DNA of 48,303 nucleotides from an uncultured Mycoplasmatota bacterium (GTDB lineage Bacteria; Bacillota_I; Bacilli_A; RF39; UBA660): NCBI GenBank assembly GCA_946639185.1, contig CAMPBR010000003.1, positions 1 to 48,303 of the forward strand, read 5' to 3'. Shown piece by piece: positions 42,197 to 48,303 of this stretch (position 1 is its first letter; each line of letters starts with the position of its first letter). The notes under the pieces were generated by a model. It saw only the letters and a program-made list of their open reading frames with translations, ran no database searches and was not told where the DNA came from. The position numbers and the translations under genes were made by a program.

Positions 42197-44561
42197 GTAA
42201 TTTTAAGAATAATCTTATATATTCTCTACCTAAATTATATTTTCTTAATTTACGAATTTCAATTCTCTTTCTCTTAATAGGTAATTCACTAAACATAATT
42301 GAGGAAATTTGTTCTTTTAAAACAGTATTAATTGGAAGATCTAGTAAGATACTATCAATATCATCATTAATAAATCTCATAGCATCTATTTCAATATCTT
42401 TACCTTTACAGTTTAACGTAATTTGACCTATAGAAGGTACATCATTAATTTCAATAATAAAATCACTATCATCTACATAACCAATAGTTTTAATTTGTCT
42501 ATCATTGAAATAACATATAACGTCTTCTGCTTTCTTAGTATTTCTAAATCTTATCTTATAATTACGTTTATCAGATACTACTCCTCTACTATCACCATCA
42601 ATATTTCTAATAATAACAGTATAATTATTAGGTAAGTAGTTATAATCGATTTGTGTAATTAAATGACTATTATCATCATTATCTTCATATAAGTTAAATG
42701 TATTACTTTCACCAGGGAAAATATGTATTTCTAATGAATCTGGATTTTTAACAGAATTTAACATATCTTTATCATTAGTAAGTGGAATAATACCTCCACG
42801 TCTTATAAATATAGGATAATCTTCATCTCTATAGAATGATATATATTGTTTATTACCAGGGAATTTTTTACCAGTAATAAAGTCATACCAAACACCATCT
42901 GGTATAAACATTCTATGAATAGTACGATTAATAAGTGTATCTTTCTTAGTTATAATTGGTGATACTAAAATATTATCCCCTAATAAGTATTCATATTTAT
43001 ATGTAGAATCATCATATACCCAAGGATATTTATAAGTAAGTGGTTTAACAACCAAATTACCATTTTTATGATAATTATAAGCTAAAGTATATAAATATGG
43101 AATTAATCTATGTCTTAATTTTAAGAATCTTGAAACAATCTCTAAAGTCTTAGCATTCCATCTCCATGGTTCTTTTCTATAATATCTACCACGTGGAGCA
43201 TTAAATCTTAATATTGGGCCAAATGTAGCTTGTTCAATAGATCTAACATATAATTCTTCTTCTTCAACTCCACCATAGTTACCATTAACATCTAAACTTA
43301 ACCAAGATACTCCAATATTAGCTGCCATAGCTTGAGCTTTAATAGCTTTTCTTAAGCCATCCCAACCAACCATTGTTTTTCCAGTATATGTAATTGGATA
43401 TCTATGAGTTGCAGTTAATCCATTTCTAGCTAACATTATTCTATGTCCATTTGAATTAATATCATTATTTTGATATAAAGATTTATTTAATAAGAATAAC
43501 TTATCAGCTGATAAACTATTACTATCAGCATCATTCCAATAGAAATCAACGCCCATTTTAGTTAGTGGTGAAATCATTATCTTATAGATAGCATCTAATA
43601 AAACTGGATTAAGAGGATCAAAAGCTATAATCTTATTATCCGCTATATTAAACATACTAGCTATTTCATTATAATGTTCTTCAGAAGGATATATCCCATC
43701 AACAGGATTTATATTAAGTCCAACATGAATATTTTTTTCATGTAATTCTTTAATTAATTCTTCTGGATTAGCAATTAATTCCTTATTAAAAGAATAACCT
43801 GTTTTAACTTCAACATCTTCAGTTGAATTATCTACATGCCATCCCTTATCCATAACTAATACAGATAATGGAATTTCATTTTTTTCAAAATTATTAACTA
43901 ATTCTCTTATATCTTCACTAGTATAATTTAAATCTCTGCTCCACCAGTTACCTAACGCATATCTAGGTATCATAGCTGGATAACCTGTTAAAGTAAAATA
44001 ATCTTTTAAAGCCAAATCAAAATCATTATTATACATAAATAAATATATATCCATGCCGCCTTGATTTCTTTGATACATTTTACCATCATTATCAAAAACA
44101 TAACTATTACTATCATTAATTGATGCAAATCCATCTAAAGAATATAAACCATTTCTAGGTTTACTATCATCTTCAGAACCATCACTAGCTATAAAATTTC
44201 CTTTATAATTTTTTACTTCAGGATGATTATAATACCAACTTCTATCAGTACCAGTTAATTCAACTTTTAAATTAGCCATAGGCATAAATTTTCCAGCATC
44301 AAATGGTTTTTCTTTAGTATAAGAAAGAGTAAAATATTTTGTACGAATTACTAAATAACGACCATCTTCTTGTTTTTGAAAATTAACTTTTGGAAAGTTA
44401 CGAAACTTAACTAAAGTACTTTCAAAATCATTAAATATACCATTAGGATGGTATTCTAATCTAATTAAACGTTCTGTCAAAACACTAATTCTAAATGTTG
44501 CTCCTTGTACAACATTTTCACTATTTGCTATCAAGCCATTATCAACAACTTTTTCTTCCAT
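42174..44561 (-). CDS. Glycoside hydrolase family 31 protein (alpha-glucosidase/alpha-xylosidase-like), cytoplasmic
   Basis: 795 aa. The N-terminal beta-sandwich (FRISVLTERLIRLEY), the (beta/alpha)8 core with ...GVDFYWNDA... and the distal beta domains fit GH31 architecture. No signal peptide. Confidence 0.75.
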   Translation of the reverse strand: MEEKVVDNGLIANSENVVQGATFRISVLTERLIRLEYHPNGIFNDFESTLVKFRNFPKVNFQKQEDGRYLVIRTKYFTLSYTKEKPFDAGKFMPMANLKVELTGTDRSWYYNHPEVKNYKGNFIASDGSEDDSKPRNGLYSLDGFASINDSNSYVFDNDGKMYQRNQGGMDIYLFMYNNDFDLALKDYFTLTGYPAMIPRYALGNWWSRDLNYTSEDIRELVNNFEKNEIPLSVLVMDKGWHVDNSTEDVEVKTGYSFNKELIANPEELIKELHEKNIHVGLNINPVDGIYPSEEHYNEIASMFNIADNKIIAFDPLNPVLLDAIYKIMISPLTKMGVDFYWNDADSNSLSADKLFLLNKSLYQNNDINSNGHRIMLARNGLTATHRYPITYTGKTMVGWDGLRKAIKAQAMAANIGVSWLSLDVNGNYGGVEEEELYVRSIEQATFGPILRFNAPRGRYYRKEPWRWNAKTLEIVSRFLKLRHRLIPYLYTLAYNYHKNGNLVVKPLTYKYPWVYDDSTYKYEYLLGDNILVSPIITKKDTLINRTIHRMFIPDGVWYDFITGKKFPGNKQYISFYRDEDYPIFIRRGGIIPLTNDKDMLNSVKNPDSLEIHIFPGESNTFNLYEDNDDNSHLITQIDYNYLPNNYTVIIRNIDGDSRGVVSDKRNYKIRFRNTKKAEDVICYFNDRQIKTIGYVDDSDFIIEINDVPSIGQITLNCKGKDIEIDAMRFINDDIDSILLDLPINTVLKEQISSIMFSELPIKRKRIEIRKLRKYNLGREYIRLFLKLLEYMGTI

Positions 44562-44604
44562 ATTATCACCCTATCATTCTTATATCATAATAATACCACA
44601 ACCA

Positions 44605-44635
44605 ATAAAAAAAGAAAAGAAATTATCTTTTCTTT
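44605..44635 (-). terminator. Terminator after the 460-aa anchored protein
   Basis: Stem AAAGAAAAGA/TCTTTTCTTT (44611..44620 / 44626..44635) overlapping the stop, with a U-run on the minus transcript. Confidence 0.55.
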
Positions 44636-46016
44636 AATTAAAATATTCAAGTATACCATTATCTCTAATTATTTGATAAATAGTATTATTATTTAAATTA
44701 TCTTCAATTAACTTTTTATCTTCATCAGTTAACAAATCATAATTAATACTACCAGTTAAATCTACATCTATTTGTTTATCAAAAACAAATTCAATCTCAC
44801 TAGCTATATTATATAAAATATTTTCTTTATCAGTAACACTAGATACACTTAAATTAGAATTATACTTATAGATATTATCAACAGTACCTAAATTTAAAGT
44901 TAAATTAAATTTAAGTTTATTATTATTAGACTCATCAAATATTAATTCAAAATGTGTACCATCATAACTACCACTAAAATCTTTAGTCAATAAATTAATA
45001 TAATAATTATCTTTATTTAAATTAAATTTATCAATAAAATAAGTTAAATTACCATTAAATGTAAAACTATTATTAGTAGTATCATATACTAAATTAAATA
45101 CAGTATTATCGCCATTAACAATACGTATAGTACTTGTATTTTTTTCATCTAAACAACTAATTAATAGATTATTCTTATGTGAATAAAATTCATATCTAAC
45201 TATTTTATTAAATCCATAATAATAAGCACTATAACTATAAACAACATTATCGTTACTATTATTAACATCATCTAAATAATTATCTAAATAACTCTTAAAT
45301 TTTAAACTATCCGTATCTAATAAATTTAAAAGATTCATAGTTAAACTCTTATCTTTTTTTATTTCTTTAATTAAATTTTTAATAACAGTTTTAACATCAT
45401 TCTTAGTAATATTATAAGTTAATTTAGTAACTTTCTTAGAAGAATTATTATAACTAATATTTATTTTTTCTTTATCAATATTATCATTACTAACGATATC
45501 ATTAACTTCTTCTTTTAATAAAGATAACAATTTTTCATAATCAGATTGACTTAAGTTTTTTAAGAATGAAAAATAATCATGTTTTTCTCCTTCTTTATAA
45601 TAATAATCATCTGTTACATCTTTAATAAATGTATATAATATATTTTTGTAAACAACATAATTAGCTGATAGACTATTATCTAAATAAAGGATATTTAAAT
45701 CTAAACTAGATTTACTATCAAATCTATTTTCTAAATAATTAATATTTACATTATATGTATCTTTACCAATAGTTAAAGTATTTTTTAAATTAATACCACA
45801 ATCTTTACTATTAGCTATTCTATTAACTAAAACAAATTCATCCTCAAAAGAACCATTTACCTTATTATATAAATTTGAAATACTTTGTAGTAAAATAACT
45901 TTATCACTAGATACTATTAAAAATCCAAACAATAATACCCCTAGTGAAATCATAGATAATAATATGGCAAATACTGTTACTTTACGATTTTGTTTATTAT
46001 TTAAATTTTCGTCCAT
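44634..46016 (-). CDS. N-terminally TM-anchored, Asn-rich extracytoplasmic protein, function unknown
   Basis: 460 aa. TM segment VFAILLSMISLGVLLFGFLIV. No family recognised. Confidence 0.55.
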   Translation of the reverse strand: MDENLNNKQNRKVTVFAILLSMISLGVLLFGFLIVSSDKVILLQSISNLYNKVNGSFEDEFVLVNRIANSKDCGINLKNTLTIGKDTYNVNINYLENRFDSKSSLDLNILYLDNSLSANYVVYKNILYTFIKDVTDDYYYKEGEKHDYFSFLKNLSQSDYEKLLSLLKEEVNDIVSNDNIDKEKINISYNNSSKKVTKLTYNITKNDVKTVIKNLIKEIKKDKSLTMNLLNLLDTDSLKFKSYLDNYLDDVNNSNDNVVYSYSAYYYGFNKIVRYEFYSHKNNLLISCLDEKNTSTIRIVNGDNTVFNLVYDTTNNSFTFNGNLTYFIDKFNLNKDNYYINLLTKDFSGSYDGTHFELIFDESNNNKLKFNLTLNLGTVDNIYKYNSNLSVSSVTDKENILYNIASEIEFVFDKQIDVDLTGSINYDLLTDEDKKLIEDNLNNNTIYQIIRDNGILEYFN

Positions 46017-46119
46017 ATCGGATCACCCACTACTATTAGTATTATACTATTTAAATAAAATAAAAGCAATTTATTTATTTTGATTTTATGGTATAATACT
46101 TACGAAAAGAAGTGATATT

Positions 46120-47058
46120 ATGATTAATCCTTTTAAATATTCATATAATAATAAACGTTATCATGCCCTTGATTATTTTTATAAAAATAAGTTTGGCAAA
46201 AAAATAGCTAAAGTTAGCCTAAATGGTGGATTTACTTGTCCTAATAAAGATGGTACTAAAGGAACTTTAGGATGTATCTACTGTTCTAAATTAGGTAGCG
46301 GTGATTATGCTGGAAATTTAAAAGATGACATAGTTACTCAATTTAGAAATATTAAAAAAATTATGGATAATAAATGGAAAGATACTTTATATATTGGTTA
46401 TTTTCAAGCTAATTCTAATACATATGCTAAAGTTGAAAGATTAAAAGAATTATATGAACCAATCTTAAAAGAAAAAGATGTTGTTGGGCTTTCCATTGCA
46501 ACTCGTCCAGATTGTTTAGAAAATGATGTACTTGATTATTTAGAAGAATTAAATTCTAGGTGTTATCTAACTGTTGAATTAGGTTTACAAACAATTCATG
46601 AAGAAACTAGTAAATTTATTAATAGATGTCACACTTTAAAAGAATTTGAAGATGGTGTTAAAAAACTAAGAGATAGAAATATCGATGTCGTTGTTCATAT
46701 AATTAATGGTCTTCCTAATGAAACAGAAAGTATGATGCTAGATACAGTTAAGTATTTAAATAAATTAGATATTCAAGGAATAAAAATACATATGCTACAT
46801 ATTATAAAAGATACAAGATTAGCAGAATACTATAAAAAGCACCCCTTCCATATTCTAACTAAAGATGAATATATTGATATCGTTATTAAACAATTAGAAT
46901 TACTTAGAGAAGAAATAGTTATTCATAGACTTACAGGAGATCCTGATCCAAAAGAACTAATAGAACCAACATGGACTATTAAAAAAATTGATGTACTAAA
47001 TGGAATAGACAAAGAAATGGCCAAAAGAAATACCTACCAAGGAATTAAATCCCAGTAG
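46120..47058 (+). CDS. TIGR01212-family radical SAM protein (YtqA-like)
   Basis: 312 aa. FTCPNKDGTKGTLGCIYCS is the atypical Cys motif of the YtqA family. An extended -10 (TGgTATAAT, 46089..46097) lies upstream. Confidence 0.8.
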   Translation: MINPFKYSYNNKRYHALDYFYKNKFGKKIAKVSLNGGFTCPNKDGTKGTLGCIYCSKLGSGDYAGNLKDDIVTQFRNIKKIMDNKWKDTLYIGYFQANSNTYAKVERLKELYEPILKEKDVVGLSIATRPDCLENDVLDYLEELNSRCYLTVELGLQTIHEETSKFINRCHTLKEFEDGVKKLRDRNIDVVVHIINGLPNETESMMLDTVKYLNKLDIQGIKIHMLHIIKDTRLAEYYKKHPFHILTKDEYIDIVIKQLELLREEIVIHRLTGDPDPKELIEPTWTIKKIDVLNGIDKEMAKRNTYQGIKSQ

Positions 47059-47066
47059 GTATTTTC

Positions 47067-48134
47067 TTATTTATTAACAAAATATGCCCAATACTCTTCA
47101 AAAGTAATATTATTATCATGAATATATTTAGCTACTTCTTTACCAACATAACGATAATGCCATGCTTCATAATTATATCCTGTTATATATTCTTTACCTT
47201 CAGGATACCTTAAAATAAAACCATATTTATAACTATTATCTTTCATCCATAAAAATTCTTTAGTAGATGAAAACTTTTGAATAGTATAAGTATCTTTAGA
47301 ACATACATCTAATGCAAGACCAGTTTGATGTTCAGAATTACCTGGATGAGCACTCCATTTTTCGGCCCATTCTAATCCATTAGTCTTCTTATAATTATCA
47401 TATAAATTTTTTTGAGTATTATAACTACGATAAGCAGATTTACTACGTATATGTAAGTTTTCTTTTTCAGCAGCATCTACTAATTTTTTAAATGCTTCAT
47501 AAGTATTTTTCTCTAATTTATCATTATTATTAACTGAATACTTCTTATCAACAGTTACTAATTCACCATAGTGGTAATCCTCAGCTAATTTATAATACTT
47601 ATTAACAATCATTAAATATCCATCTGATACATCAGTTTTAACTTCATCAGTATAAGCTTCTTTATCTAAATTACAATTAACATTAGTAACAATCTTAGAA
47701 GTATCTTCTATATCATAAGACATATATCTATCTAAATTATCCAATATAAAATATTTATCATTAACAATAGTAACTAATTTTTCACTATATGGATACTTTA
47801 TATCATTATTTACTATTACTACAATAGTATTAATATCTTTATCTTTAGACCATATATCTAAGTATTTACTTAAATTAACTTTATTATAATCTTTATTATG
47901 TACTAAGTCATTTAAATTAGTTATATGTGGATATCTTTTTAATACTTTTTTATTTACTTTATTTTGATTTATAACAAAACTTATTTCATCAGTAGTATAT
48001 CCAATCTTTTTTAAACTTCTAGTATCAGCCCCACTAATATAAATATAAGAACCTGCAAATATTAAAACTAGAATAATTAATAATAAAGCTCTTCTATAAA
48101 TATATTTTAATTTTAATTTTTTCTTCTTACTCAT
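47067..48134 (-). CDS. VanY/M15B-family D-alanyl-D-alanine carboxypeptidase, membrane-anchored
   Basis: SAHPGNSEHQTGLALDV and EAWHYRYVG are the Zn-binding motifs. An N-terminal TM helix is present. The start is ATG 48134 behind GGTGAT. Confidence 0.85.
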   Translation of the reverse strand: MSKKKKLKLKYIYRRALLLIILVLIFAGSYIYISGADTRSLKKIGYTTDEISFVINQNKVNKKVLKRYPHITNLNDLVHNKDYNKVNLSKYLDIWSKDKDINTIVVIVNNDIKYPYSEKLVTIVNDKYFILDNLDRYMSYDIEDTSKIVTNVNCNLDKEAYTDEVKTDVSDGYLMIVNKYYKLAEDYHYGELVTVDKKYSVNNNDKLEKNTYEAFKKLVDAAEKENLHIRSKSAYRSYNTQKNLYDNYKKTNGLEWAEKWSAHPGNSEHQTGLALDVCSKDTYTIQKFSSTKEFLWMKDNSYKYGFILRYPEGKEYITGYNYEAWHYRYVGKEVAKYIHDNNITFEEYWAYFVNK

Positions 48135-48159
48135 AACTATCACCATTATAATTATACAA

Positions 48160-48184
48160 AGAAAAAGACTAGTTACCTAGTCCA
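48160..48184 (-). terminator. Terminator after the partial right-edge gene
   Basis: Stem GACTAG/CTAGTC (48167..48172 / 48177..48182) with a U-rich tail on the minus transcript. Confidence 0.55.
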
Positions 48185-48191
48185 TTTTTTA

Positions 48192-48303
48192 TTATTTTTC
48201 TTTTTTATGTAAAGTTTCTGAAATAACAGTACCAGCTGTTACTAAAGATTGAAGTTCACTTGGAACTATAATCTTAGTTGCTTGACCATTAGCTACATCT
48301 ACC
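48192..48303 (-). CDS. 3' end of a CDS entering from the right edge, possibly an SPFH/stomatin-like protein
   Basis: It translates to ...VDVANGQATKIIVPSELQSLVTAGTVISETLHKKEK*. The ...KIIV(L)PSELQ.L.. pattern resembles stomatin/QmcA C-termini. Only 37 codons are visible. Confidence 0.3.
   Translation of the reverse strand, partial: VDVANGQATKIIVPSELQSLVTAGTVISETLHKKEK

Noticed and set aside
42423-42635. 70-aa plus-strand ORF inside the GH31 gene
   Set aside because: It is antisense to the GH31 gene, with an Ile/Asn/Tyr-rich artefact composition.
44505-44696. 63-aa plus-strand ORF spanning the GH31 start and the 3' end of the 460-aa gene
   Set aside because: It is antisense to both neighbouring genes and crosses their intergenic terminator.
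1-48303. CRISPR arrays, tRNA/rRNA genes, IS elements, prophage structural genes
   Set aside because: I found no regularly spaced short repeats, no cloverleaf-like or rRNA-like GC-rich segments in the intergenic regions, and no transposase, integrase, capsid or terminase-like ORFs. This scan was done by eye only.

Overview
Very AT-rich (by eye) chromosomal segment from a low-GC, endospore-forming Firmicute. Spore markers are an alpha/beta-type SASP, SpoVIF and Cse60. EzrA, three FemAB paralogs and two T-box leaders point to the Bacilli/Erysipelotrichia side rather than classical Clostridia. Most genes are on the minus strand and are housekeeping: der, engB, nrnA, two tandem ackA paralogs, thiI plus a cysteine desulfurase, ezrA, rpsD, tyrS, ytxG/ytxH-like genes, trmB, murJ(ytgP)-like, dinB, leuS, a ytqA-like radical SAM and a VanY-like peptidase. 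From memory, this gene set largely mirrors the Bacillus subtilis 'yt' region. Accessory blocks interrupt this backbone. (i) A LexA-box-controlled Y-family polymerase/YolD operon sits next to a DinJ-YafQ toxin-antitoxin pair, and each module ends in the same terminator hairpin. (ii) A three-gene secreted-protein operon lies at 22.4-25.5 kb. (iii) A radical-SAM/DinD island is followed by two more secreted-protein genes at 37.6-39.0 kb. The most unusual signal is in (ii) and (iii). Tandem genes share a near-identical or 100% identical 5' module (RBS, signal peptide, conserved N-terminal region) but have unrelated 3' halves. Fossil fragments of the neighbouring genes (the leuS 3' end and the 3' end of the upstream operon gene) are duplicated at the cassette junctions. 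All five proteins share tail-fibre-like sequence motifs, yet no phage, integrase or transposase gene is visible. I saw no rRNA, tRNA, CRISPR array, transposase or integrase. All identities and alignments were done by eye; no searches were run.
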